Shown: piece after piece, positions 47,668-59,700 of the stretch
Layout of the letters: every line of letters starts with the position of its first letter
Numbering within the stretch: the stretch's first letter is position 1
NCBI GenBank assembly: GCA_050253415.1
Contig: JBFWJC010000001.1
Location: 1,512,679 to 1,576,678 of the forward strand
From: Pedobacter sp.
GTDB lineage: Bacteria; Desulfobacterota; Desulfuromonadia; Desulfuromonadales; Syntrophotaleaceae
DNA length: 64,000 nt
Reading direction: 5' to 3'
Notes under the pieces: model-generated
Told to the model about the DNA's origin: nothing
The model's input: the letters and a program-made list of their open reading frames with translations, nothing else
Databases searched by the model: none
Program-made: the position numbers and the translations under genes

Positions 47668-47818
47668 GGTCAACTAACTCTTGGGCTTAATGCAGCCTGT
47701 CATGCGCGGGAATGAATCCTGTGAGAGAAAGCGGAGGCAGTTGGTGTTTTCCGAATTCTTGCACGGCTTTTCGCGGCCTGATGACGACAGGCCTGTTTTA
47801 TGAATGGTTATTTCAGTT

Positions 47819-49135
47819 ATGAAAAGTTTTTACCTGGAGACCTTCGGGTGCCAGATGAATGTGGTCGATTCCGAACAGATCGTCGGCCTTGTGCGGCAGC
47901 TTGGCTATGCACCTGTTGACAGTCCTGATCATGCCGACCTCATAATCCTCAACACCTGCTCTATCCGTGCGAAAGCTGAACGTAAGGTTTACGGTCATCT
48001 TGGTCGGTTTAAACCGCTGAAACAGCAGCGTCCTGAACTGATTATCGCGGTGTGTGGCTGTGTCGCTCAGCAGGAAGGGCAGCGTATGCTGGAGAAGGTG
48101 CCGCATCTCGATATCGTTTGCGGTACCCATAACGTTCACCGGTTGGCAGATATGGTACGCCAGGTCGAGGAGCAACGGGCACGCTGTGCCGAGGTTGAAT
48201 TCCTCGAAGCCGATGCGCGTCGCCGTCTCTTTCCGGAGAGGCAGCCGAGTTCGGACGTCACCCGATTTGTCACCGTCATTCAGGGGTGTGATAATTTTTG
48301 TGCCTATTGTATCGTACCTCATGTGCGTGGCCGAGAAGTGAGTCGTGCCAGTGCAGAGGTGCTGGATGAAGTGCGGTCCCTGGTGTCTCAAGGGGTGCGG
48401 GAAGTGACGCTGATCGGTCAAAACGTCAATTCCTACGGATGCAAGGAAGATGGCGAGATCTCCTTTGCCGCGTTGCTGAGGCAAATCAATGCGGTGGAAG
48501 GGCTGGAGCGTATTCGCTTCATGACTTCGCATCCCAAAGACCTGTCGGATGAATTGATTGCATGCTTTGGCGACCTCGACAAGCTATGCAAACACATCCA
48601 CCTGCCGGTGCAGGCCGGTGGAGACGGAGTGCTTAAAGCTATGCGGCGCGGGTATACGCGCGATCAATATCTGGACAGAGTGGCGCGTCTGCGGCAGGTT
48701 TGCCCTGACATAAGGGTGACTTCCGATGTTATCGTTGGTTTCCCCGGTGAAACAGAGGAGGATTTCGAGCAGACCATGGATTTGCTGAGACAGGTCCGTT
48801 TCGCCGAAATCTATTCGTTTATCTTCTCACCCAGGCCGGAAACTTCGGCAGCCTCTCTGCCGGATGATACCTCCAAAGACGTCAAGCAGGAACGCTTCGA
48901 TCGTATGCTGGCTCTGCAGGAGGAGATTACCGAAGAGTATAATCGGGGGGATGTGGGACGGGTGCTGCCGGTGCTGGTTGAAGGCAGCAGTCGGCAGGGC
49001 AACGGTCAGCTGTTCGGACGTACCACCTGGAACCGTATCGTCAATTTTGACGGTGACCCCGGTCTGATAGGACGTGTCGTGCAGGTGCGGCTCAAGCGTG
49101 CTTATCGCAATTCTCATTTGGGCGAACTGGTTTGA
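47819..49135 (+). CDS. miaB: tRNA-2-methylthio-N6-dimethylallyladenosine synthase MiaB
   Basis: TFGCQMN; NTCSIR; radical SAM GCDNFCAYC; TRAM domain. Confidence 0.95.
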   Translation: MKSFYLETFGCQMNVVDSEQIVGLVRQLGYAPVDSPDHADLIILNTCSIRAKAERKVYGHLGRFKPLKQQRPELIIAVCGCVAQQEGQRMLEKVPHLDIVCGTHNVHRLADMVRQVEEQRARCAEVEFLEADARRRLFPERQPSSDVTRFVTVIQGCDNFCAYCIVPHVRGREVSRASAEVLDEVRSLVSQGVREVTLIGQNVNSYGCKEDGEISFAALLRQINAVEGLERIRFMTSHPKDLSDELIACFGDLDKLCKHIHLPVQAGGDGVLKAMRRGYTRDQYLDRVARLRQVCPDIRVTSDVIVGFPGETEEDFEQTMDLLRQVRFAEIYSFIFSPRPETSAASLPDDTSKDVKQERFDRMLALQEEITEEYNRGDVGRVLPVLVEGSSRQGNGQLFGRTTWNRIVNFDGDPGLIGRVVQVRLKRAYRNSHLGELV

Positions 49136-49198
49136 TGCTGTCTGTCAGTAAGTATTTCCAGAAGGACCCAAATATTCTTTAGTAAGAAGGATAAAGCC

Positions 49199-49858
49199 AT
49201 GATCGATCTGCATACCCATACCGTTTTCAGTGATGGCGAGTTGATCCCCGCCGAACTTACCCGCCGCGCAGCCGTAGCGGGTTACCGCGCCATCGGTATC
49301 ACCGATCATGGCGATCCGAGCAATATCGACTTTATTATTCCCCGGATCGCCAGGGTCGCCGAGGCTCTGGGCAGCGCCTGGGGTCTGACGGTGGTGCCGG
49401 GGATCGAGCTGACTCATGTGCCGCCCGCTATGATTGCCGAGGTTGCGAAAGAAGCCCGGGCGCTGGGGGCCAGACTGGTGGTTTGCCATGGTGAAACCAT
49501 TGCCGAACCGGTCGCAGCCGGGACCAATCGGGCGGCCCTGGAGGCCGACATCGATATTCTCGCCCATCCCGGCTTACTCACCGAGGATGAGGTGGCTCTG
49601 GCCGTGCGGCGCGGCATTTGTCTTGAGATCACCACCCGCAAGGGACATTCGTTGACCAACGGGCATGTGGCCCGTCTGGCTATGGCGGCAGGGGCATCGC
49701 TGGTGATCAACACCGACAGCCATGCGCCCGGCGATCTGACGCCGCTTGAACAGGCCCGGCGTATCGCGTTGGGCGCCGGTTTGAGTGAGGTGCAGTTTCA
49801 GCAGGCGCGTCAAAATGCCGAAGATCTGGTGCGCAAGGTCATGGGGCGCAAATTTTAA
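49199..49858 (+). CDS. PHP-domain (histidinol-phosphatase-like) protein
   Basis: DLHTHT; GITDH; ILAHP; NTDSH. Confidence 0.9.
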   Translation: MIDLHTHTVFSDGELIPAELTRRAAVAGYRAIGITDHGDPSNIDFIIPRIARVAEALGSAWGLTVVPGIELTHVPPAMIAEVAKEARALGARLVVCHGETIAEPVAAGTNRAALEADIDILAHPGLLTEDEVALAVRRGICLEITTRKGHSLTNGHVARLAMAAGASLVINTDSHAPGDLTPLEQARRIALGAGLSEVQFQQARQNAEDLVRKVMGRKF

Positions 49859-49908
49859 CAGTATTCCTGGTGTTTTCTTAAGTCCTTCTATCTGTGAGGT
49901 GTGATTCT

Positions 49909-50979
49909 ATGAACGAACGTGCAGTGAGTTTTTTGCAGGAATTGGTTGAAACCCCCAGTCCCTCAGGCTTTGAACAGCCTGTGCAACGTATCATGCGTCG
50001 CGAGCTTACGCCGTTGGCCGATGAGGTGCGTACCGATGTCATGGGCAACGTCATTGCCCGTATCGATGCCGCTTCGGATCAGGCTATGCGCGTTATGCTG
50101 GCCGGTCATTGCGATGAAATCGGCTTTATGGTGCGCTATATCGACGATAAAGGTTTTATCTATTTTGCCCCGATCGGAGGGATCGATGCGCATCTGGTTC
50201 CGGGTCAACGGGTGCACGTGCATACTGCCGACGGACCTGTGTTGGGGGTGGTGGGCAAGAAACCTATTCATCTGATGGAGCCCAAGGATCGCGAAACGGT
50301 GGTTAAGCTTAATAGCCAGTTTATCGATCTGGGCTGCGAAGACGGGGATGCCGCCCGCAAGTTGGTATCGGTCGGTGATCCGGTTACCTTTGCCGTCGGG
50401 TTTGAACGGCTGCAGGGTGAATTGGCGGCTTCTCGCGGTTTTGACGACAAGATGGGCGCCTTTGTGGTGGCCGAGGTGTTGCGGGCCGTACGGCAGCGTG
50501 GCGTGCCACCGGTGGAAGTGTACGGCGTTTCCACGGTGCAGGAAGAAGTCGGCCTGCGCGGTGCGCATACCAGCGCCTACGGTATCGATCCCCATATCGG
50601 GATTGCAGTGGATGTAGGATTTGCCAGCGATTTCCCCGGTGTGGAAGTGAAAGAAATCGGCGATTTCAAGGTGGGCGGCGGTCCGATTATTTCGCGGGGT
50701 GCCAATGTCAATCCTGCTCTGTTCGATCTGCTGTTGCGCACGGCCCGCGAAGAGGATATCCCCTGTCAGGTCATGGGGGCTCCGCGCGGTACCGGTACCG
50801 ACGCCAACGTTATGCAGTTGACCCGTGCCGGCGTTGCTGCCGCCTTGGTACAGGTGCCTCTGCGGTATATGCATTCACCGGTGGAGGTGTTGTCCTTGGC
50901 CGATATCGAAGCGACCATCCGTTTGCTTACCGGTGTTATTTATCGGTTGGATAGTGATTTTTCCATTATCCCCAATTGA
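49909..50979 (+). CDS. M42 family metallopeptidase
   Basis: GHCDEIG; FDDK; VQEEVGLRGA; GTDA; RYMHSPVE. Confidence 0.93.
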   Translation: MNERAVSFLQELVETPSPSGFEQPVQRIMRRELTPLADEVRTDVMGNVIARIDAASDQAMRVMLAGHCDEIGFMVRYIDDKGFIYFAPIGGIDAHLVPGQRVHVHTADGPVLGVVGKKPIHLMEPKDRETVVKLNSQFIDLGCEDGDAARKLVSVGDPVTFAVGFERLQGELAASRGFDDKMGAFVVAEVLRAVRQRGVPPVEVYGVSTVQEEVGLRGAHTSAYGIDPHIGIAVDVGFASDFPGVEVKEIGDFKVGGGPIISRGANVNPALFDLLLRTAREEDIPCQVMGAPRGTGTDANVMQLTRAGVAAALVQVPLRYMHSPVEVLSLADIEATIRLLTGVIYRLDSDFSIIPN

Positions 50980-51001
50980 TCGGCAAGCCTATCAAAAGGT
51001 T

Positions 51002-51088
51002 TTTCACCGCCGGGTACGCAGAGGTTGCAGAGGAGTTTTTTTTAATTTAGAATAATTTCTCCGCGAGCTCTGCGTGCTCTGCGGTAAA
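51002..51088 (+). repeat. inverted repeat element with about 9-nt periodic arms
   Basis: caccgccgggtacgcagaggttgcagagg ... ctccgcgagctctgcgtgctctgcggt around an AT-rich spacer. Confidence 0.75.
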
Positions 51089-51172
51089 TGAAATTCAGGC
51101 CTTTTAACTTTTGTGGTGGAGCTGAAAGAATTGGAGAATTAAAGTTTGACAGGTGGGGGTGCTTCGAGATAG

Positions 51173-52693
<1,521 letters not shown>

Positions 52694-52737
52694 ATAACGG
52701 CGACATTTTTTCTGAAATGGACGTCAATGCCTGATTT

Positions 52738-52772
52738 TAAACAGGGATGAAGTGCCCCTTCATCCCTGTTTA
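52738..52772. repeat. perfect 15-bp-stem hairpin between guaB and guaA
   Basis: taaacagggatgaag-tgccc-cttcatccctgttta. Confidence 0.85.
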
Positions 52773-52830
52773 CGTAATGGTTTGATATGTCGCTAACCCG
52801 AATAAATATCCCTTGCTTAACGGAGTACCC

Positions 52831-54393
52831 ATGTCCCAGGATATCCACGGCGAAAAGATACTGATTCTCGACTTCGGTTCCCAATACACACAGCTGATTG
52901 CCCGCCGCGTACGCGAGGCCCACGTCTATTGCGAACTGCACCCTTTTGATATGGATCTGGAGGCCATTCGCGCTTTCGGTCCCAAGGGTATCATCCTTTC
53001 CGGTGGTCCCAAGTCGGTGTACGAAGAAGGCGCGCCTGCGGTTGCGGAAGCTTTGTTCGATATGGGGGTTCCGGTGTTGGGTATCTGCTACGGCATGCAG
53101 CTTATGTCCCGTCACTTTGGCGGCAAAGTGGTGCCGGCCGGTAAGCGGGAGTATGGACATGCGACCCTGTTGGCAAGCGGTTCTCCCGGTCCGTTGTTCG
53201 ACGAGTTTTTTGTCGAGGGCAAAAGCCCGGTGTGGATGAGCCACGGCGACCATGTCGAGCAGGTACCGAACGGTTTTGAGGTGGTTGGCTTCAGTGACAA
53301 TGCACCGGTGTGCGCGATCCAGAATGTCGCGCGCAATCTTTACGGCGTGCAGTTTCATCCCGAGGTCAACCATACTCCGCGCGGTGAGCAGTTACTCGAT
53401 ACGTTCGTGCGCCGTATCTGCGGATGCACCGGGCAGTGGACGCCTGGCCAGATCATCGAGGATGCGGTTGCCCGCATTCGTGAACAGGTTGGCAGCGAGC
53501 GCGTGATCCTCGGTTTATCCGGCGGAGTCGACTCGTCGGTGGCAGCCGCTTTGATCCAGCGGGCCATCGGCGACCAGCTGGTCTGCGTGTTTGTCGATAA
53601 CGGCCTTTTGCGACTCGACGAGGGTGATCAGGTCATGCGCACCTTTGCCCAGAACATGGGGGTCAATGTCATTCGGGTCAACGCCGAAGAACGTTTTTTG
53701 TCGGCATTGGCCGGGGTTGAGGATCCCGAGCGCAAACGCAAGATCATCGGCAACCTGTTCGTAGAAATTTTCGAGGAAGAATCGGCTAAAATCGACGATG
53801 CCACCTGGCTTGCCCAGGGGACTATCTATCCCGACGTCATCGAATCGGCCGGCGCCAAGACCGGCAAAGCCCACAATATCAAGAGCCATCACAACGTTGG
53901 CGGGCTGCCCGAGCATATGAAACTGAAACTGCTCGAACCGTTGCGCGAACTGTTCAAGGACGAGGTACGGGCGATCGGCGAGGAACTGGGACTGCCGCAT
54001 CCGATGGTTTATCGGCATCCTTTCCCCGGGCCGGGTCTGGGGGTGCGCATCCTTGGCGAGGTCAAGCACGAGTACGCCGAAATTCTGCGCCGCGCCGATG
54101 CCATCTATATCGAAGAACTCTATCGCACCGGTCACTACGACAAGATCAGCCAGGCCTTTGCCGTCTTCCTGCCGGTCAAAAGCGTCGGCGTCATGGGCGA
54201 TGGTCGTACCTACGAATACGTTATCGCCCTGCGTGCCGTGGAGACCAAGGACTTCATGACCGCCGGCTGGTATCCTCTGCCCTATGCGGATATGGCCCAT
54301 ATCAGCGGTCGTATCATTAACGAGGTCAAGGGGGTCAACCGCGTGGTTTATGATATTTCCAGCAAGCCCCCCGCAACCATCGAGTGGGAATAA
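52831..54393 (+). CDS. guaA: GMP synthase (glutamine-hydrolysing)
   Basis: [28 protein letters not shown]-terminal KPPATIEWE. Confidence 0.97.
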   Translation: MSQDIHGEKILILDFGSQYTQLIARRVREAHVYCELHPFDMDLEAIRAFGPKGIILSGGPKSVYEEGAPAVAEALFDMGVPVLGICYGMQLMSRHFGGKVVPAGKREYGHATLLASGSPGPLFDEFFVEGKSPVWMSHGDHVEQVPNGFEVVGFSDNAPVCAIQNVARNLYGVQFHPEVNHTPRGEQLLDTFVRRICGCTGQWTPGQIIEDAVARIREQVGSERVILGLSGGVDSSVAAALIQRAIGDQLVCVFVDNGLLRLDEGDQVMRTFAQNMGVNVIRVNAEERFLSALAGVEDPERKRKIIGNLFVEIFEEESAKIDDATWLAQGTIYPDVIESAGAKTGKAHNIKSHHNVGGLPEHMKLKLLEPLRELFKDEVRAIGEELGLPHPMVYRHPFPGPGLGVRILGEVKHEYAEILRRADAIYIEELYRTGHYDKISQAFAVFLPVKSVGVMGDGRTYEYVIALRAVETKDFMTAGWYPLPYADMAHISGRIINEVKGVNRVVYDISSKPPATIEWE

Positions 54394-54397
54394 CAAG

Positions 54398-55414
54398 GTG
54401 TCGGATCGTGAGCCGGGCGGGCGAGGGCGGCCTGCCCGTAAGTACAGCCAGGCGGCGCGCCTGCACGATCTGATTCGCATTCTGGAAGTTCGTCACGGCA
54501 GCACCGCCGACGAACTGGCTGAGGAATGCGCCGTGACCCGCCGCACCATCTATCGCGATCTGCAGGCCATTGAAGAAGCCGGCTATCCCCTGGTTAAGGA
54601 ATCATCGGGGGATGGCCGGATACTTTACCGGTTTCTTACCGGTTTTTCCAAAATCCCTCCCATCACCTTTTCCCTGTCCGAACTGATGACCCTTTACCTG
54701 TGCCGCGGGCAGCTCGGCCTGCTGCAGGGAACTCCGTTTCTCGATGATCTCGACGCGGTATTCGGGCGGATTCGTGCCAGTCTGCCGCCGCGCAGCGTGG
54801 CGCACCTGGAGCGTCTGGCCCAGGCGGTGACGCCGCGTTTTCAGGGGCGGCGCGATTATGGCGACAAGCGGGAGATTCTCGAATCGCTGCGACGGGCCCT
54901 GTTGTATCAGTACCGCTGCACTATCCGCTATGCTCCGGCCCGCCGGCCAGCGGCCGACTACCCCTGCGACCCCTACACCCTGCTGTTTTTCAAGGATGCC
55001 CTGTATGTGGTCGGGTATGTCCATAACCGTCGTGCTTTGCGTCGTTTTCTGGTCGATCGTATCGAAAGCGTGCAGGTGGATGAGGAGCGTTTTGAAATTC
55101 CGGACAGCTTCAACCTTGAGGAAGTCGACAGGGAGGCCTTCGGTATGGTCGGTGAAGGGTTGCAGGATATTCGCGTACGCTTCCTTCCTGAAGTGGCCCA
55201 TTTGATTCGCGAGCGCCAGTGGCACCCTACCCAGCAGTTGGATGAACAGCCGGATGGTTCTTTGATCCTTTCCCTGCAGGCCGGTGGTCACAAAGAGATC
55301 CTCTCGTGGCTCTACTCTTTTTTACCCCATCTTGAAGTTCTTGCCCCTGAGGCCCTGAGACAGGCGTTTGTCGCCGGGTTGCAGCAGGCCCTGGGAGTCC
55401 GATCGAATCTGTGA
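54398..55414 (+). CDS. WYL-domain transcriptional regulator (wHTH-WYL-WCX; PafB/C, DriD, YafY-like)
   Basis: ELAEECAVTRRTIYRDLQAI HTH; DPYTL...LYVVGY...RRFLVDRI WYL core; ERQWHPTQ...LEVLAPEALR WCX; GTG start 4 nt after the guaA stop. Confidence 0.9.
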   Translation: MSDREPGGRGRPARKYSQAARLHDLIRILEVRHGSTADELAEECAVTRRTIYRDLQAIEEAGYPLVKESSGDGRILYRFLTGFSKIPPITFSLSELMTLYLCRGQLGLLQGTPFLDDLDAVFGRIRASLPPRSVAHLERLAQAVTPRFQGRRDYGDKREILESLRRALLYQYRCTIRYAPARRPAADYPCDPYTLLFFKDALYVVGYVHNRRALRRFLVDRIESVQVDEERFEIPDSFNLEEVDREAFGMVGEGLQDIRVRFLPEVAHLIRERQWHPTQQLDEQPDGSLILSLQAGGHKEILSWLYSFLPHLEVLAPEALRQAFVAGLQQALGVRSNL

Positions 55415-55443
55415 CTTAATCTGTCACAGTGAGTGGTTATCCT
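55409..55443 (+). promoter_or_regulatory. CTGTGAC-N7-GTCACAG palindrome plus -10-like TATCCT; candidate WYL operator/promoter
   Basis: Perfect inverted repeat at 55409-55429 overlapping the WYL stop codon, 8 nt before TATCCT. Confidence 0.65.
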
Positions 55444-55481
55444 GCCAGCGTAGACAAATTCATACTCTGGAGGATAACGAC

Positions 55482-55808
55482 ATGCTGGTTCTGACATTGG
55501 GCGAACAAACGGGAGAAACGGTCTATCTCGATATTCATCATGCCGAATGGCGGCAACGCACCGGCGCACCCCACTGGGCGGTTTCCGCATTGCTGGGCGA
55601 TGGCTGGTATGAAGGCGAGGTTCTTATCGAGGCGGGAGAGCAGGTACAGGTAACCTTTGCCGATGAATGGATCGGTCATTCTCAGATCGGTGAACTTTTC
55701 AACAGGGTGGGACGGGAAAACCTGCTGGTCGCCATTCGCGAAGCCGTAGCGGGGCGTCGGATGGAAGAAATCCCCCAGTTGAAGAGTTTGCGCAGCATGT
55801 TTTCCTGA
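55482..55808 (+). CDS. hypothetical protein (108 aa)
   Basis: Strong GGAGGA RBS 7 nt before the ATG; MLVLTLGEQTGETVYLDIHHAEW... Confidence 0.75.
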   Translation: MLVLTLGEQTGETVYLDIHHAEWRQRTGAPHWAVSALLGDGWYEGEVLIEAGEQVQVTFADEWIGHSQIGELFNRVGRENLLVAIREAVAGRRMEEIPQLKSLRSMFS

Positions 55809-55948
55809 GTCCGGATAGCGGAAGGCTGCGTTGCCGGGAAACGGCCTCCACGAGGGGTTTTGAACCATAGGCACCCAACAGGAGGTAGTTGTCATTGCAT
55901 TTAACGGGCTGCTGAAGTAAAAAGAAGGATATTTTTTACTCCGGGAGC

Positions 55949-56554
55949 ATGCCTATGAAGATTATTGTTTTGGCTTCGACCAGTCCTTATCGGATGCAGC
56001 TTATGCGGCAGCTTGGCTTGCCGTTTCATGTCGCTGCCCCCCAGTATAAGGAACAGATGAATCAGGATATCGCTCCGGAGTTGCTGGTCAAACATCAGGC
56101 CGCAGGCAAAGCTAAAAGCCTGGCTCAGAATTATCCTGACGCGCTTATTGTCGGCTCTGATCAGGTTTTTGTCGATGCGTGCGGGAGGATCGTCGGCAAG
56201 CCCGAGGACTTTGAGGGTGCGGTGCGGCAACTGCGCGGCATGGCCGGTAAGTGTCATACCTTTTACACCGGCCTTTCGGTTTATGACAGTAACCGCGACG
56301 AAGCGCTGACCGGGTTTGCAACATACCGGGTCACCTTGAGGGCTCTGACCGAAGATCAAATACGCGCCTATCTGCTGCGGGAAAACCCTCTGGACTGTGC
56401 CGGTTCCTTCAAGGTCGAAGGTTTGGGTATTGCGCTTATGCAGAAACTGGAGGGGGACGACTATACCACCCTCATAGGCTTGCCCCTGATCAAATTGGTC
56501 GATTTTCTCGAGCACTTCGGGGTTCAGGTGTTGGATGGTCAGGCGATTTCTTGA
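55949..56554 (+). CDS. maf: Maf family nucleotide pyrophosphatase (YceF-like subtype)
   Basis: VLASTSPYR; GSDQV; CAGSFKVE; GLPL. Confidence 0.9.
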   Translation: MPMKIIVLASTSPYRMQLMRQLGLPFHVAAPQYKEQMNQDIAPELLVKHQAAGKAKSLAQNYPDALIVGSDQVFVDACGRIVGKPEDFEGAVRQLRGMAGKCHTFYTGLSVYDSNRDEALTGFATYRVTLRALTEDQIRAYLLRENPLDCAGSFKVEGLGIALMQKLEGDDYTTLIGLPLIKLVDFLEHFGVQVLDGQAIS

Positions 56555-56579
56555 CGGTTTGTCTTTGCAATGATAAAGT
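56551..56579 (+). promoter_or_regulatory. sigma70 promoter for dnaE-accA
   Basis: TTGACG-N17-TAAAGT with an extended TG. Confidence 0.45.
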
Positions 56580-56726
56580 GGCGCGGTTTTACCCCTTCAA
56601 ACCTGTTATTGCCTCCTATTATCTCTTAATATTTTGACGTGATTGCTGTCCGACAACGGTTAAAGTGACCCCCTGTATAAGCCGGGTCCAGCTGTGTCGG
56701 TGGCGGTTGTGCTGGTTGGATATTGC

Positions 56727-59700
56727 ATGGAAAAAGCGCCTTTTGTTCATCTACATGTTCACACTCAATACAGTCTTCTCGATGGCGCCATCCGAATCGG
56801 GGATCTGGCCAAGCGTGCCGAGGCTTGCGGCATGCCGGCCATGGCCATCACCGATCACGGCAATATGTTCGGGGCCGCTGAGTTTTTCAGCAAGCTCAAG
56901 GGCAGTTCCGTTAAGCCGATTGTGGGCTGCGAAGTCTATGTGGCACCCGGTTCCCGGTTTGAAAAAAGCAACGTACGTGGCGGCGATAAAGCCTATCACC
57001 TGGTCCTGCTGTGCCAGGATATCGAGGGGTATCGCAATCTGTGTCGTATGGTTTCGTCCGGTTACCGCGAAGGCTTTTACTATAAGCCACGTATCGACTG
57101 GGAATTGCTGCGTAAGCACAACAAGGGCCTGATTGCTCTAACGGCCTGCCTGGGGGGGGAACTCCCGACGTTGATTACCCAGGGTAAACATGACCAGGCT
57201 TTGGCGCGGGCCCGCGATATGGCCTCAATATTCGATGAAGAACGCCTGTATCTTGAATTGCAGGAAAACTTTATCGCCGAACAGAAGGCCGTCAATGCCG
57301 GATTGATTACTATCGGCAAGGAATTGGGCCTGCCCCTGGTCGCCACCAACGACTGTCATTACCTTACCCGCGAGGCCGCTTCGGCTCACGAGGTCCTGCT
57401 GTGCGTGCAGACCGGAAAGACCATGGATGACCCGAACCGGTTTCGGTTTTCCAACGATGAATTCTATGTCAAAACCCCCCAGGAAATGGCGGAGCTTTTT
57501 CATTATGCGCCGGAAGCTTTGGCCAACACCCTGGTCATCGCCGATCGCTGTAATCTCGAACTCGATTTCGATACCTATCATTTTCCCCAGTATGAAAAGC
57601 CGGCCGAAAAGACCCTCGCTCAGGTTCTGGAAGAAGATTCGTGGAAGGGGTTGGAAGACCGCCTGGTCGAAATACGCAAAATCCGCCCTGATTTGTCCGC
57701 TGAACAGGAACAGGTCTATCGCGACCGCCTGGTACGGGAGCTCGAGTGTATCAACAGCATGGGGTTTCCCGGTTACTTCCTGATTGTTGCCGACTTCATC
57801 AACTGGGCCAAGGATAACGGCATCCCCGTGGGTCCCGGCCGCGGTAGCGCCGCCGGTTCGCTGGTGGCTTACGCTATTCGCATTACCGATATCGATCCCA
57901 TTCCGTACAACCTGCTGTTTGAACGCTTTCTCAACCCGGAACGTGTTTCGATGCCTGATATCGACGTCGATTTCTGTATCTACGGCCGGGAAGATGTCAT
58001 CGAATACGTGCGTCAGAAATACGGCGAAGAAAACGTCGCACAGATCATTACCTTCGGTACCATGATGGCCAAGGGCGTTATCCGCGATGTGGGGCGCGCC
58101 CTCAACCTGGCATACGGCGATGTGGATAAGATCGCCAAACTGGTGCCCACGGTTCTCAATATTACTCTGAAGGATGCTTTGGAGCAGGAACCACGCCTGC
58201 AGGAACTGTACGATAAGGATCCCCAGGTCAAGCAGTTGCTCGATATCGCCCTGACCCTGGAGGGTTTGACCCGACATGCCTCGACCCACGCGGCCGGCGT
58301 GGTGGTCACCCCCAAGCCGTTGTCGGAATATCTGCCGTTGTACACCGATCCGAAATCCGGCGGCCAGGTCACGCAGTTCCCGATGAAATTCGTCGAAAAG
58401 ATCGGGTTGGTCAAATTCGATTTTCTCGGCTTGAAGACCCTGACCGTTATTGCCAATGCGGTGCGCCTGATCCGCGAGGGTAAAGATCCGGAATTCGATC
58501 TCACGCTGGTGCGCGACGATGATCCCGATACGTATCGTTTGTTGTCGGCCGGCGAGACAACCGGGGTTTTTCAGCTCGAATCCTCGGGCATGAAGGAACT
58601 GCTGATCAAGCTTAAGCCCAGCTGTTTTGAAGATATCATCGCGGTTTGTGCTCTTTACCGTCCGGGCCCCTTAGGGTCGGGGATGGTCGATGACTTTATC
58701 CTGCGTAAGCATGGCAAAAAGGACATCACCTACGATTTTCCACAGCTTGAGCCGATCCTGAAAGATACCTACGGGGTTATCGTTTATCAGGAACAGGTCA
58801 TGCTGATCGCGCAGGTATTGGCCCGCTATTCTTTGGGTGGAGCCGACTTGTTGCGACGGGCCATGGGCAAGAAAAAGCCCGAGGAAATGGCCAAGCAAAA
58901 AGAGATTTTCATGGCCGGAGCGGGTGAAAACGAGCTTGATGCCAAAAAGGCCGAGGCGGTCTTCGACCTTATGGAAAAGTTTGCCGCCTACGGCTTTAAC
59001 AAGTCGCATTCGGCTGCTTATGCTTTGGTGGCCTACCATACGGCTTACCTTAAGACCCACTATCCGGTGGAGTTCATGGCCGCGCTGTTGACCGAGGACA
59101 TGGAGAATACCGACAAGGTCATCAAGAATATCAATGAAGTGCGGTCCATGGGGATCGAGGTTCTGCCGCCCGATATCAATGCTTCAAGCAGTTCCTTCAC
59201 CGTGCATGACAAGTCGATCCGTTTCGGTCTCGGCGCGGTCAAGGGGGTTGGTGGTGCTGCCATCGAGGCCATCCTTGATGCCCGCAAGGAGGAGCCGTTT
59301 GCCGCACTTAACGATTTTTGCGAGCGTTGCGATCTGCGTAAGGTTAACAAAAAGGTCATTGAGGCATTGATTAAATGTGGTGCCTTCGATACGCTTGGCG
59401 GTCGGCGTGCCCAGTTCCTTGCGGTCCTGGAAGAGGCCATGGACATCGGGCAGAAGATGCAGCGCGAAAAGGAGCAGGGGCAGGCGTCGCTGTTCGGAAC
59501 CGACGAAATCGTCTCGCAGCGCGGAACCAGCTATGGTGAGCTTCCCGAGATGGAGGAGTGGCCGGACAAGGTTAAGCTCGGCTTTGAAAAAGAAGCGCTG
59601 GGCTTTTATATAACCGGACATCCTCTGGGACGCTACAAAGAAGTTATCAGGCGTTTCGCCAACTGCACCACCGCCGAGCTGGCGGAAAGAGCCGATAAAG

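Noticed and set aside
54370..55900. Genomic island integrated at the guaA 3' end
   Set aside because: guaA is a known integration hotspot, but I see no integrase, duplicated guaA end or compositional shift.
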